A stretch of DNA of 64,000 nucleotides from Craspedostauros australis (lineage: Eukaryota). The stretch covers positions 1 to 64,000 of the forward strand of contig JALAGF010004003.1 of assembly GCA_030167865.1 (NCBI GenBank), written 5' to 3'. Positions 35,869 through 47,300 of this stretch are shown here, piece after piece; position 1 is the stretch's first letter; every line of letters begins with the position of its first letter. The notes under the pieces were generated by a model that worked only from the letters and a program-made list of their open reading frames with translations, made no database searches and was not told the origin of the DNA. The position numbers and the translations under genes are program-made.

Positions 35869-37941
35869 ATGCCCAAACGAGATCCCAACTCACGCCGAGG
35901 AGCCTTGCCATGTCTGTGCCGACCACCATGCTCGCACTCTCTCGGAGAATCCGAAGCAGCAAGGATCGGTGAATTGGGTTGCTCCACTCTACTCGACTTC
36001 ACTCTGCTCTACTCTAATACTCTTCATTACGCAATGACGTACAGTTATCAAGAACGCGTGGTGCTGATCCCAAGTGAAGACCAGAGCTCCCTCGACGCTT
36101 CATCTCCGCCATCGTCGCCTTTGCCATCTGCGCTGCCATGGACCGTGAGACTGGAGGCCAGCGCTGGATGGGATGCGGGCGCATGGTTGCATCCCTTCTC
36201 CAAGCACCTCTCGCAGCTGTTGCAACAATCCGAGTTCTCAAACGTCCGACGGATACGGTTTCAATCGTCGAGCTCAGCGCTTTCCGCGCATGCATCCAGC
36301 CAGCGAGATGCATTTGCCAACTCCAGCCCGTCCGGCATTTCGCTCATCATCGACGTCGACGAGGCCAATCCGGATTTGAACTGGCAGGCGTTGCGCCCCC
36401 AGCTGCTGCGGTACTTCGTCGCGCCCAGCCTGACGCATCCATCGACGCGGCCGCATTACTTTGGAGACCGACATCGATACGTTCTGTCGTTGCCCACGAG
36501 CGGCGCCGCCGTCGCGTCGGACGCGATCCTGCGCTTCTTCCAAATGACGGCGTTGCCGTGCAGCAACCAACCGGACAGCATGGGGCTGTTCGCCAATCCA
36601 ACTGCGCTGTCCAACATCCTGGTGGGAAATCGAAATCACGCGGTGGCGGAAACCACAACAGCCAGCATTCAGTCTCATTCATTCCAGATCGATCATGGAC
36701 GCCGCTCCATGTGGTGGGATTTGCAACGCCGTGCAACCAATTCCACACGAATGCACCATCCATTTGTATTTTCGCAGGGTGTGCAGTACGTGGTGGCGCA
36801 TGCTGCACAGCCGCGACAACGCAAGCCGACTGCCGATATTTTGCGAAGTTGGAAGGATTGGATCATTCCGACAGATGGCCGGAGCTCCAAAACCAAAGGA
36901 GATCCTGGCAACTACGAATGTCTATGGACGGATAAACCACTCGAGGTGATGGTTGCCACAGCGCAATCATCACGCGATGTGGCGTCCTCTGATCGTCATG
37001 ATGATCATCGTCACATCCAGGCGGAACCCAAAATGGTGCCCATCGATGAGTACATTCGCAGCGTCGAGGACAATGCTCAACCATCCAACAACGCACCAAG
37101 CGTGACGGCGATGACGGCAACCAGGCAAGACTGGTCAATTAGCAAATCCATACGGCGCCACAACGGCATGGCCAATGGAGGGCGTCTCGAGACCATCGTA
37201 TCGAATGGTGACGATTCGTGCATGGCGCAGCTCGTTATGAGGGATGTGCTGCCAGCCAAACTTGTGCAAATCAAGTGGCAGACACTTCAAGCAAACTTGG
37301 AAGCTCATCAATATCACGACTACCACGATGGCGACGACATCAGCATGACCCTGAACTTCGACGAGAGCGCCTTCCATGGTTCCATCGGCGCCTTTGTCAC
37401 GGCACGACTCTCACCTGGATCGTCCCTGGTATTCTCCTTCGAATACGACCCAGCGTTCCTACCCTTCCAAAGCTTCCCAGGCGATCCCAACCGAGGAGTG
37501 GAGATCTTTCCAGCACAAGTCGACCTGCGATGTGTAGACGACGTTGTTGCAGACAACGCGACGGGCACCAGCTGGGCCACGGTTGAAGCCACGACGCTGT
37601 ACTCCAACACGGTTCTGTTGCTACCTCCCGTCCCTGATATGTCCATGCCATTCAACGTCACATCATTGACATGCAGCCTGTACGCGTATGTCGTCGGTTC
37701 CATCATCGCCTTGATCGTCAAGAAATCATCCGAACGAATGCGATACAAACTGTACCCGCACGAAAAGCCAAAGTCGGTGCGCGACAAAATCAAGGCCAAG
37801 ATCAGATCGCTGATGCGAAAGAAGGCGAAGGCTGGGAGTGCAGCAGAATCAGATGACAGTGGGGAAGCTGAAAACAAGGGTGATGTTGCCCCTGGTGTGG
37901 CCAATCCTGCTACTGGAGAAGAACACTCCAAAACGGAATGA
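35869..37941 (+). CDS. PIGT: GPI transamidase subunit PIG-T/Gpi16-like
   Basis: FPGDPNRGVEIF and LPPVPDMSMPFNVTSLTC followed by a TM (PIG-T C-terminal signature). True start is uncertain. Confidence 0.75.
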   Translation: MPKRDPNSRRGALPCLCRPPCSHSLGESEAARIGELGCSTLLDFTLLYSNTLHYAMTYSYQERVVLIPSEDQSSLDASSPPSSPLPSALPWTVRLEASAGWDAGAWLHPFSKHLSQLLQQSEFSNVRRIRFQSSSSALSAHASSQRDAFANSSPSGISLIIDVDEANPDLNWQALRPQLLRYFVAPSLTHPSTRPHYFGDRHRYVLSLPTSGAAVASDAILRFFQMTALPCSNQPDSMGLFANPTALSNILVGNRNHAVAETTTASIQSHSFQIDHGRRSMWWDLQRRATNSTRMHHPFVFSQGVQYVVAHAAQPRQRKPTADILRSWKDWIIPTDGRSSKTKGDPGNYECLWTDKPLEVMVATAQSSRDVASSDRHDDHRHIQAEPKMVPIDEYIRSVEDNAQPSNNAPSVTAMTATRQDWSISKSIRRHNGMANGGRLETIVSNGDDSCMAQLVMRDVLPAKLVQIKWQTLQANLEAHQYHDYHDGDDISMTLNFDESAFHGSIGAFVTARLSPGSSLVFSFEYDPAFLPFQSFPGDPNRGVEIFPAQVDLRCVDDVVADNATGTSWATVEATTLYSNTVLLLPPVPDMSMPFNVTSLTCSLYAYVVGSIIALIVKKSSERMRYKLYPHEKPKSVRDKIKAKIRSLMRKKAKAGSAAESDDSGEAENKGDVAPGVANPATGEEHSKTE

Positions 37942-38300
37942 GGCGGCTGGGAGAAAGATTGGATTGTCCTGCTCTCATTTCATAGAATTTTAGAATGTGC
38001 CAGAAGCGTTCGACTCGAACGATTCATTGATTCGTGGTGGAAACGGTCACGACCCAGTTGGCGATTGTTGGAGGCAGAATGGCGATTTGCCATGTCTGCA
38101 GAACCAAACACGCAAAAACGATGATGGCTGATGTCTCCATCATCACCATCTCACAAATCAACTCGAACCTCAGACAACACACAACCACAGCCTCACCACA
38201 ATCACAACAACAACAGCTCAATCGCACGACATTCCATCATCTCACAAGAATATATATCACAGCATTCACCGCAGAACAGCACCAATACTAGCACTTTAGC

Positions 38301-38540
38301 ATGACACCGCTGCCAACATTCATCGAAATCAACACACCCTCCGCAATGCATCCATCATCATCCCCATCTCCATTCGGCCCGGTCGATCCAGCACCCAAGC
38401 GCGAGCGCGTGAATTCCGAAGACACAATGGATCGAGCGATGAAGAGGAATCGACCCAACGCCGGCACCCACTCGTCATCATCCATCGCGAATCAATGGAC
38501 GCAGCTCTACGACACGTCGAGCTTTTCGTTTTCGGAATGA
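38301..38540 (+). CDS. Small protein (79 aa) with PKR.R.NS...R..KRNR motif
   Basis: A/C-rich leader, and apparent paralogy with 35115-35405. Confidence 0.5.
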   Translation: MTPLPTFIEINTPSAMHPSSSPSPFGPVDPAPKRERVNSEDTMDRAMKRNRPNAGTHSSSSIANQWTQLYDTSSFSFSE

Positions 38541-38787
38541 ACGGACGGTTCAAGCCAGAGACCGCAAAACACACGACCGCCACAAGCATCGTGTGGACAC
38601 TTCCTGGCACTCTACAGAGCAGGTCTGTGAGGAGTATTATTCCATGAAAGTGGACGCACTTGGCGGCTGCAACACCATCTAATACAACATTCACAGACTT
38701 AAAGAACTAAACAGGCTATACAAACACATCACAGTCAATCAGCCAGTAGGAAGTGTACTTGATTAGTGGCATTTCCATGCGATCCCC

Positions 38788-38799
38788 TGTGACGTCACA
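38788..38799. promoter_or_regulatory. Palindromic CRE/bZIP-like site TGTGACGTCACA
   Basis: 12-bp perfect palindrome ~170 nt upstream of the plastid methyltransferase. Confidence 0.4.
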
Positions 38800-38967
38800 T
38801 GGCGCAAAAACAAACGTTTGAGTTCAACAAGAGAACTTCATCCATCGGCACCAACGAGAGAAGGATCAGATACGGGCACCCTCTTTGTGCATCCGCTTCA
38901 GAATCATTGCACAATCATCATCAGCCAACATCGAGCAACACCCATTGGAATCAACAACAGCAACGTG

Positions 38968-39996
38968 ATGAAGGCTGCAATGATTGCACTCGCAGTGCCA
39001 TTGGCTCAGCTGCTGCCGTTGGCATCGTTGTGCGCCTTGCTGGGCGGAGGCGAACAAGCGATTCGAGAACGAGGACTTGCAGCGACAGCCTTCACGTTGG
39101 CACCGGCCACGCAGAGTCCAATCCACACAAGGACCGTCGATCTCTTTGCTTCTGCAGGTTCGGGGTTGCATGCTCATGAACGCAACCATGCCGATGACAG
39201 CAGTGAGAATGGTGATGATGATGACATGGCCACAAACCGAAGGAATTTCCTGAGCCAGTCCATCCTTCTTTCATCATCGCCATTCCTCCTGCAGCAACCT
39301 GCCAACGCCGCAGCTCCACAAGACAATGGCAGCACCACCACTACCAACAACAACAACAAACAAGGAAACGCCTTCGAATCACTGGGCTACACCAAACGGG
39401 AGTATACCAACTCCATCACGGCCTCCCGCGACACCAACATCTCACCATTCGAGGTCTACGACACCATCGCATCGCGACTGGCCGTCAACTCGACCGACAC
39501 GAACAAACGCGCTCTGGATGTCGGTGCCGGTGCGGGCGTTTCGACGCAGGTCATCTACGACCAGCTGGGATACCAGACCATCGACGCCGTGGATTGGAGC
39601 GGCGATGCCTGGTACTCCAACGTCGTGCAGTGTCCGGACTCCGTCAATTTCTACGAGATGGACGACGAACGATTCGTCAAGTCCGTGTGGCAGAAGCAGC
39701 TGCAGCAGCCCAAGTACGACATGGTCGTGTTCAATTTCGCCATCAATGCCGACAAGGCCAAGTACTTTTGTCAGAACCTGTTGAAGGACGAATCGGCGCT
39801 GCTGCTGGCGCCCATCAACGTGCAGAAGGATTACTGGTTGCGGCAGACGTATTACTTGCTGGATCGGGATTGCAAGATCCTGTGGTCCGCCAACGATGTC
39901 GGTGCCTGGTCGGTGCTCTTTCAGCCTGACGTGACGCAAGATACGTGCCAAGGGATCTGGTGCGCTCCGTACAATGGATTCAAGAAGATGAAGTGA
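38968..39996 (+). CDS. Class I SAM-dependent methyltransferase with plastid + twin-arginine-type presequence
   Basis: RALDVGAGAG motif I, AVDWS, YDMVVFNF. N-terminal signal, ATA-F, and NRRNFL...PANA. Confidence 0.78.
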   Translation: MKAAMIALAVPLAQLLPLASLCALLGGGEQAIRERGLAATAFTLAPATQSPIHTRTVDLFASAGSGLHAHERNHADDSSENGDDDDMATNRRNFLSQSILLSSSPFLLQQPANAAAPQDNGSTTTTNNNNKQGNAFESLGYTKREYTNSITASRDTNISPFEVYDTIASRLAVNSTDTNKRALDVGAGAGVSTQVIYDQLGYQTIDAVDWSGDAWYSNVVQCPDSVNFYEMDDERFVKSVWQKQLQQPKYDMVVFNFAINADKAKYFCQNLLKDESALLLAPINVQKDYWLRQTYYLLDRDCKILWSANDVGAWSVLFQPDVTQDTCQGIWCAPYNGFKKMK

Positions 39997-40073
39997 GCCG
40001 GGCTCAACCAAACTGTCCTTTCATGCGATTTGATTTCGTCAAAGTTCGCAAGATAAGTCCGTGTCTCTATTCC

Positions 40074-43000
40074 TTAACAAGTATAGGTGTGTGCATCATC
40101 AATGGAGCCATCATCCTTGCCTCCATTTTCGGTGTCGTCGCCAACCGGATCATCGTTCTGAGTCGGTTGCGCATCGACGGTGTCAACCTGCATTTGCAGA
40201 TCATGTAGCGGATCATTTGGCGCCATGATCTCAATTGATAGTGGAGTCTGCTGCTGCTGGTAGTGGTGGTGCTGATGTTGCTGTTGTTCTGGAATTTCGG
40301 CATGACTATTGGGGTCGGATTCTTCTTCCTCCTCGGACGGCGCCCCACAATGCACATCCTGTGGAGACTCTTGTGGTTGATTGAGTTGATTGGAATGTCC
40401 AGGGACATTGTCCTGTTGCGGATATGATTCAGAAGCCTGCATGCTGTCATCCGCGTCTGGTTGCGACTGGCATGCCTGTACCATGCTGCCATCATATCCG
40501 TTCAACAACTCTTCCTGAGCTTGGTACTGTTGCTGCGGATACGCGCGCGCGACGCCGTTTTGCTGTGCATACTCGTCGGAATCAATGGCTTGATGCCCTT
40601 GCCCTTGCTCGTACTCCTGATATTGGACATCCATCTGATCACCATACTCCTGCCCCTGTCCCTGCTGATACTGGTGCTGCGAATCATGAACAAATTCTTG
40701 CTCATTCTGATCCTCCGCGTTGTCACCATCGAATGACCCGCGCTGCAATGGTTTGTCGGAATCCATCTCACGCATCGACTCCACCAGCTCCTCCAATTCC
40801 TCAATACGCCGTTCGCAATCGATAATGTCCGTATGCGCGGCCTGCAATTCATTGCGCAACCCGCTCGTGTCCGATATCTCCAGGCTCTGCAACCACCGCT
40901 GTCCGGCCTCGCGCGTCTTGGCATCGATGACGACGCGCCGATCCTGCGACGCGATGGCGAAACGGAATCGTCCATCGGAATAACCGACGTTATCCGAGAT
41001 CATGACCGTGACGTCTCCGAACGTGTGCGTCATTTGGCTGTGCGAAGTGTTGTTGTTGTTATCGAGGTTGGGATGAGAATCGACGGCGGCGTCCGCGAAC
41101 CAGTTGCTGGATTCGTAGGCGTAGGAGTCGTGGATTTCATCTTGGATGGTGATGTCCCATCCCTTGGCGGCATTGACGAAGAGGGCGGTGGCGGCGATCA
41201 TGCAGTAGGCCGTGACGAACATCCATTGCTGGCCGAAGTCCCAGCAGTCGCCCGTGTTGCTGTCGCATTGTTCCCAAACGGTGCTGCTGAAATTGTCCAC
41301 GCCGGCGATGGGGAAGTGGATGATGCCCGTGAGGGAGAGGACGCCGCCCACCATGGCCCACGACGCGACGTGCTTCCACTTGCGATCGATGATGGAGACG
41401 ATCATGGACGTCCAGACCATGGAGATGAGCAAGGATCCGCGTTTCCATGCCAGAACGCCGACGAAGGATGTGGATCCAGGGAGGTTGGTGTTGAAGGAGG
41501 TTTCGGCATCTTCGATGGGTGTGCGCGCGCCGATGTTGACGACCCAGTCGTAAATGGCGGGAAAGATGCCCAACAGGTATGCCGGGAAGTGACGCGGGGA
41601 CATGAAATTAAGAATCTCTTCATTGACGAGAAGACCGATGGTGAAGACGATGGGCCCCGTCGTGGCCTGGTTGACAATGGCCTGGAAGATGGCGAGAAAT
41701 CCAAACAGCGACAGGATGAGATAGATGAACCCGTTGGCGATGGAATATCCGACCGTGGCGCCAGACCGCTTGTGCGCCGGATGGCCAATGTACACGACCG
41801 TTCCAAAGGGCGATCCGAAGAAGGATGCGATCATGGTGCCCACGCCATCCATGATCAACGTCTCGCGCACGGGATACGGATCGCCGGCCTCCTTGGCGCA
41901 CATGAGGCACATGAGCGAGTTGATGGGCCCGCTGATTCCGAGCGGGATGATGATGCCGAGGTATTCCCGCGTCATGCGGAAGTTCTGGAATATCTCGTGT
42001 CCCGTGAACTTGGGCCACGTCGCCGTGACGAATTTGGACGCATCACGCACGGTGGCGGCCTTGTTGAGGCCCGTGGCCCAACCCAAGGCGACGCCGACGA
42101 GGATGACCATCAAGGCTTCCGGTATGCGGCGCTTTCCGATGCCCACCTTGACGCCCGCGTACCAGCCCAGGAAGACCCAGAGGATGGTGTTGTAGCCCAC
42201 GATGGGAGCCGCCAAACAGTTGGTGAGCTGCTCCAGACCGAGAAATGCCAGACCGATTCCTGCCACGGGAACGAGCAAGGCCACGGGCTGAATGTACCGC
42301 AGCAACACAGGACCGACGATGCCCACGAGGACCGATATCATGCCCTGCACGAAATTGGATGCCAACGCGACGCGGTATGCCAGCATGAAGGCCTCATCCG
42401 GCGAATAGACCTCGTCGGTATCTCCCTCCTTCTGACTTCCCACCGTCGCAAAGAACACGGGATAGATGATGTTGTACACAAAGGCGAATGCCGAGTAGGT
42501 GTTGATGCCGTAGGGTTGCGCCGTGTACTGGCGCTTCCAGAAATTGGACAACCGAATGGCCACCCAGGCGTAGTACAGATTGCCGATGGCCAAGGTGACG
42601 CCGAGTCCGGGTGCGATTTGCTGGAAGAGGAGCGAGTTCATGGTGTGGGACGTGACGCCTCCCAAGCGACAGAGCTCTTGCGTGGCAAAGAGGACGCCGA
42701 GGATGGTGGAGAGGTTGTCAAAGAATAGCTGGCACAGACTGCCCGTGTCTCCCGGTGTCATGCGCAGGCCAGCATAGATGTTGCGGAGTTCCTGCAGACA
42801 ACGTTGTGCGAAGTTGCGTTTGTCGGTTGAGGAGCGGCTGAAGCCGCCGTTGTTGTTGTTGTTGTTGTTGTTGTTATGGTGGTGGTGGTGAAGATTGGTG
42901 CTTCTGGTACTGTTGCTGTTGCTGTTGTGCGAATGTTCATACTCGTAGTCGAGGGAGTTGCGAAGCAGTTCTTCCTGCTGCTGCTGCTGTTGCTGCTGCT

Positions 43001-43469
43001 GCTGATGATATGAGTGTTCATGTTGGCCCTCGTGCTGATATCCATACCCGTGCTGGTCGTATTCACAGTCACCATGCGGTTGCTGCTGTGGGGGATGTTG
43101 TTCATGCAAAGGCTGGTGATACGGTTGCTGTTGCTCCAGTTGTTGCTCCAGTTGTTGTTCTTGTTGCTGGTGGAGATAGGAGTGCTGGCGATGATGGCCA
43201 TTGCCATGGAGATTGTAAAGTTCCTGTTGCTGCAACTGTTCCTGCTGTGGATGACGAGGAACTGGTTGACCATCATGTTGATGATCATCATGAGCATCGA
43301 ACTGCTGCGACAAGGCAGCCGAAGCACGCAGCTCCGCGGGAACATCTGCGCAGAAGAAGGACGAGATGATTTCGGAGGCAGTGATCTGCGCCGACAGAGC
43401 AGACGGTCGTTCTTCCTGATACGACCGTCTGGTGGGACTGTGCGTGCTGGAAGCGTTGTCGTTCGTCAT
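40074..43469 (-). CDS. NCS2/AzgA-like nucleobase (xanthine/uracil/ascorbate) permease with Q/H-rich N-terminus and PH-like/coiled-coil C-terminus
   Basis: LFFDNL, PYGINT, AGDPYPVRE, GSPFGTVVYIGHPAHKRSGA and many TM segments. Confidence 0.82.
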   Translation of the reverse strand: MTNDNASSTHSPTRRSYQEERPSALSAQITASEIISSFFCADVPAELRASAALSQQFDAHDDHQHDGQPVPRHPQQEQLQQQELYNLHGNGHHRQHSYLHQQQEQQLEQQLEQQQPYHQPLHEQHPPQQQPHGDCEYDQHGYGYQHEGQHEHSYHQQQQQQQQQQEELLRNSLDYEYEHSHNSNSNSTRSTNLHHHHHNNNNNNNNNGGFSRSSTDKRNFAQRCLQELRNIYAGLRMTPGDTGSLCQLFFDNLSTILGVLFATQELCRLGGVTSHTMNSLLFQQIAPGLGVTLAIGNLYYAWVAIRLSNFWKRQYTAQPYGINTYSAFAFVYNIIYPVFFATVGSQKEGDTDEVYSPDEAFMLAYRVALASNFVQGMISVLVGIVGPVLLRYIQPVALLVPVAGIGLAFLGLEQLTNCLAAPIVGYNTILWVFLGWYAGVKVGIGKRRIPEALMVILVGVALGWATGLNKAATVRDASKFVTATWPKFTGHEIFQNFRMTREYLGIIIPLGISGPINSLMCLMCAKEAGDPYPVRETLIMDGVGTMIASFFGSPFGTVVYIGHPAHKRSGATVGYSIANGFIYLILSLFGFLAIFQAIVNQATTGPIVFTIGLLVNEEILNFMSPRHFPAYLLGIFPAIYDWVVNIGARTPIEDAETSFNTNLPGSTSFVGVLAWKRGSLLISMVWTSMIVSIIDRKWKHVASWAMVGGVLSLTGIIHFPIAGVDNFSSTVWEQCDSNTGDCWDFGQQWMFVTAYCMIAATALFVNAAKGWDITIQDEIHDSYAYESSNWFADAAVDSHPNLDNNNNTSHSQMTHTFGDVTVMISDNVGYSDGRFRFAIASQDRRVVIDAKTREAGQRWLQSLEISDTSGLRNELQAAHTDIIDCERRIEELEELVESMREMDSDKPLQRGSFDGDNAEDQNEQEFVHDSQHQYQQGQGQEYGDQMDVQYQEYEQGQGHQAIDSDEYAQQNGVARAYPQQQYQAQEELLNGYDGSMVQACQSQPDADDSMQASESYPQQDNVPGHSNQLNQPQESPQDVHCGAPSEEEEESDPNSHAEIPEQQQHQHHHYQQQQTPLSIEIMAPNDPLHDLQMQVDTVDAQPTQNDDPVGDDTENGGKDDGSIDDAHTYTC

Positions 43470-44301
43470 GGTCGCAGTGTCTCCAACAGCAGCAATAGCA
43501 GCAGCAGTTGTGGATGTAGCTGTGGATGTAGCACTAGCACGACCATTAGCATGGGTGCAGTGGTCGGCGATGTTATGGTATGCTCAGCGGCACTTTGTTC
43601 CCCAGAGTGCTTTATCCCTTTGGGGCGCCCTTGCCACCAACAGCAACAAGCCTCAACGGCGCACACTCCCAATGGTCGCCCCCACGAGTGATGATGCACC
43701 ACAGGGTACCTGGAGCCTCTCTCTCTTCGGTATTGTATGATGCGATCTATGAACACCAACGTCCTCCCTAACCGCAGTGAAGGTACAATGCCACTTTGGT
43801 TAGCCACGCGGGCAAAGAGGAGTTGTTGTTCTGCCTTTCCTCCTGTGTTTTCGTTCGCCTTCTTGTTCCGTGCCACACACTGGTTCCTTGCTTCTCTTTC
43901 GTGCCATTTACAAGATGGTTGGGACGGGACATTGCTTGTCCCGCCAGCGTAAGTGATAAAAAGCATATCTATAGATGACTTCTGTCACAGTTAAGTGTCC
44001 TCACTGAATCATCACTCACAAGTTCTGTTGCCAAAACCGAAGGAATTTTGTCTCTCATCACCACAAAGGCGAAACGATCACCAACGATCGTGGTTTTATC
44101 GTCGTGTGGTCGTCTTAATCTGCTACTACGACTCTAGAGAGACTGCAAGCTACGGTTTGACCGTCCTCGTCACTAGCTGAACGGACACTCCAACCAAACA
44201 TCAAATCCATTCTCATTCTTCTCCAGAGAGTGGATGTAGATACCATGGTCGTGCTCGTCCATCGTACGACCTACGAGTAGCATGATCCTATTGCACGTCG
44301 C

Positions 44302-47300
44302 TTACCCATACCGCACCCCGCTCTCGTATGGATTCGAGATCCGGATTGGCTTGGGTGGACTGGTCACGTCCGGCATGTCGCTGCCATCTCCGGACATGGG
44401 CGTGCCGCTGCGATCGAACAGCATCGAGGTGCCATGCGATGGAACGACGGATCGCGGGCTGCGGGATGCAGCGCGTCGCAGACGGGCCTCGCGCACCGAC
44501 TTCAATCGTTGGAACAGCGACGCGTTCTTCGTGGCCAGCGAGTTCGTCAGCTTTTGGTAGACGTTCGACATGCTGTACGAATTGCCGCTGTTGGATGGCG
44601 GTCCGCCGGAAGAGCCAGACGAAGGTGCGGAATGGCCCTGGTGATTGCTCCTCTCGTTGCGTCTCGATCCTCTCGATTTCGCCTTGTAGTCATTGCCACC
44701 CATGTAAGCACCGGAATCGCCCCGTCCATCAGAATGGAACAGCGGCTCTGGCGGCGTCGCATGAGACTTCGGCAACGATGAGGACTTCTTCGCCTTCTTG
44801 TTCCTTCCTGCGTTGGACGACGACAGCGGCTCCGGTGCGCGGCTTGGGTGCGTGCGGCCGAAGTACCCGCCAGGTTTGGCAGAGCTCAATGAAGCGGCGC
44901 TGGAACGCGCGGGGCTCTGTTCTCGCCGAGCCGCCTTCCTGCTCTTTATTTGCTGCTGTCTCTGCATCAGCTGCTGCGTCCTGGCATCCATACCCGAGTG
45001 TGCCGAGTACTTTCCGGAGAAGTCGGATTTGCTCGTCACTCGACCCACGGCTCCGGGCGCTGACGTCGAGCTTCTTGGATGCTGTTCTGGACGTTGACCT
45101 TCGGAATTCGATGAAGCTGCGCGAGTAGGCACATTGTCATTGACATTGACATTCCTCATGTTGCTGGTGCCGACACCATGACTATCCCCAGGGCGGCCTC
45201 CATTCATCATTTCCTGCGCCGGTCCAGAGTTTGTCACAAGCTGACGCATCTTCCGTTCTTGAGTGGTGCCAGCTACTTCCACCGTTGCCGAAGTGGTCAT
45301 GCTGCTGGCATCGTACTTCTTGCCACCTGCACTAACATGATCGTCTGTCATCACAACTGTGCTCTTCGGACGTCCACCAAGGGACTTCGTGTGCGATGCA
45401 TTCGGCAACAGTGACGACATATCCATGGTCGGTCCGGAATGATCAGAAGTCAATGCCACCTTCTCCAAGTCAGTGGCCAACGCCCTTTGATGGTGCGTGT
45501 CGATGTTCGATGATGCGGACGCCGTCGAGCCTGGACCTATGCGTTCCTTCCCTGCTGACACATCCTCCATGGGCCAGCTGTCGGTGGTCGAATCAAGTCG
45601 GATACGGACACGAGAACCGTCGCGTTGGTTCTTGCCTTGGTTCTTGCCAAGCAAGCCTATGGGTTTGGCCATCTTGTAGGCACTTCGCAACAATCGCGAT
45701 GTGCGCTTCGATGCAGAAGTGTTGCTTCCATTGTGCGATGCGGCACCGGATGTTTGACTGCCTAACTTGCGTCGTGCATCCTGTGAACTCCTGTGACCGC
45801 TGTACCTGTGACCACCCAACAAATGCCTGTTGTCATCATCATTTTCGTTGCTGGGAGTGCCGGTGTTCGCAGCTGCCTCTTCCTCTTGATCGAATGGCTG
45901 CCAATCCGACAGCGGGAAGCTCCCGTCTGTGTCATGCGAGTTTTCTGACACCGCCTTCCTGGAGCCCAGGAATGACCCATCGAGCTGACCAATGTCCCAT
46001 CCGAACGCACGCCCATCCGTAGCTGTGGGCTTCTTCACTTGGAATGGGCTTGGTGTGCCGCCGGAAGATCTGGATACATTCGTCAAGCGTTCTTCTGGCT
46101 GGCTGTGGAGTGCCTCCGTCTGATGATGCGGTTGCTGCGAGAAATGACGTTGTCCTCCTGTCGCACCTGCCCCTGTTGCTGCTGTTTGCGGTGTGCGATT
46201 GGGCGCACCTTGCTCTTCGTCCATCTCGTTGATTCCCCTGAATCCTGCTCCTTCCTCCTCTTCGTTGTCGCTGGAGGATATCGCGCTCAGCTGCGGATTA
46301 TGCTGAGGGCTCCGCAACGCGGTTGGATTTGTCAGATTGGAGACCTCGGCGATCGACAAGTCCAACGTCACTCCATCCGAAGATTCGGTATCCCCAGACC
46401 CCCCTCTGCCATCGCCACTTTGCAATTGGTTCTGTAGTAGACTCAGTGGTTGCCGATGCCACCGCTGTGGTCGTTGCTGCTGCGATTGCCGATGTGGAAC
46501 ATGGTTTGTGGATGGTCTCGACATTTGGAAACTACGCGCGTGATCGTCGGGTTGATGTTGAGATGGCCAGCTTACCCCTGCAGGTTTCGCATCTTGTATT
46601 TGTACATGTCGTTGCACGTTCGTCGGATTGGTGTTATCGAGCTGCGCTCCATCATCGAATGATCGGCTTGACGTTCGCTGAACGTCGTGTGGTGATTCCA
46701 TATCGTCATCACCATCATCGCCCTGAACCGAAGTCAAATCGTACGATCCGGATCGTTGCAAATTGCCATTCTCATCGTACCGTCCAATCAATGCCTCAGA
46801 CTCTTCACGCACCTCATGGTGTTTCTGCTTGTTCTTGGACCGGAAGAATTTGCTCTTGGTGGTGGTGGTGTTGCTGACGTTGCTCTGATACTTTGCAAGA
46901 CCATCCTTTCGTGGCCGTGATAGTGCATTCAACCGATCTTTCATCGCCTGGAATGGTGAAATGGCTGGCACGGAATTCTTCTCAGATACGGCGTTGTAGT
47001 AGTTACCCGTCTTCTTGAAAGCTTTGGTGGTTGCAATTGGCTTGATGCTGTTGTTGCTCTTAGAATCCACACGGCGAGTATTGCCGATGGCCCCATCCTT
47101 CTGGCTGTGAATTGCTTTGCCAACTTCTTGTTTTGGCGCTACCGATGTCTGCATCCCAGCTACTTTCGGCTTCGTGTTCGGGAGGATAACAACTGGCAGT
47201 TTTACTGCAGCAGCCGGTGGATCAGGTGCGTCCGACCTGTTAATGATCGGTCGATGCTCTTCTGTCCATATTGGTTCTTTCGCGACACTTTCTTCAACAA

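Noticed and set aside
40833-42728. 631-aa + strand ORF (and similar long antisense ORFs at 4436-5167, 14533-15594, 26920-27834)
   Set aside because: These are antisense shadows of real genes caused by C/G-ending codon bias. They contain no recognisable motifs.
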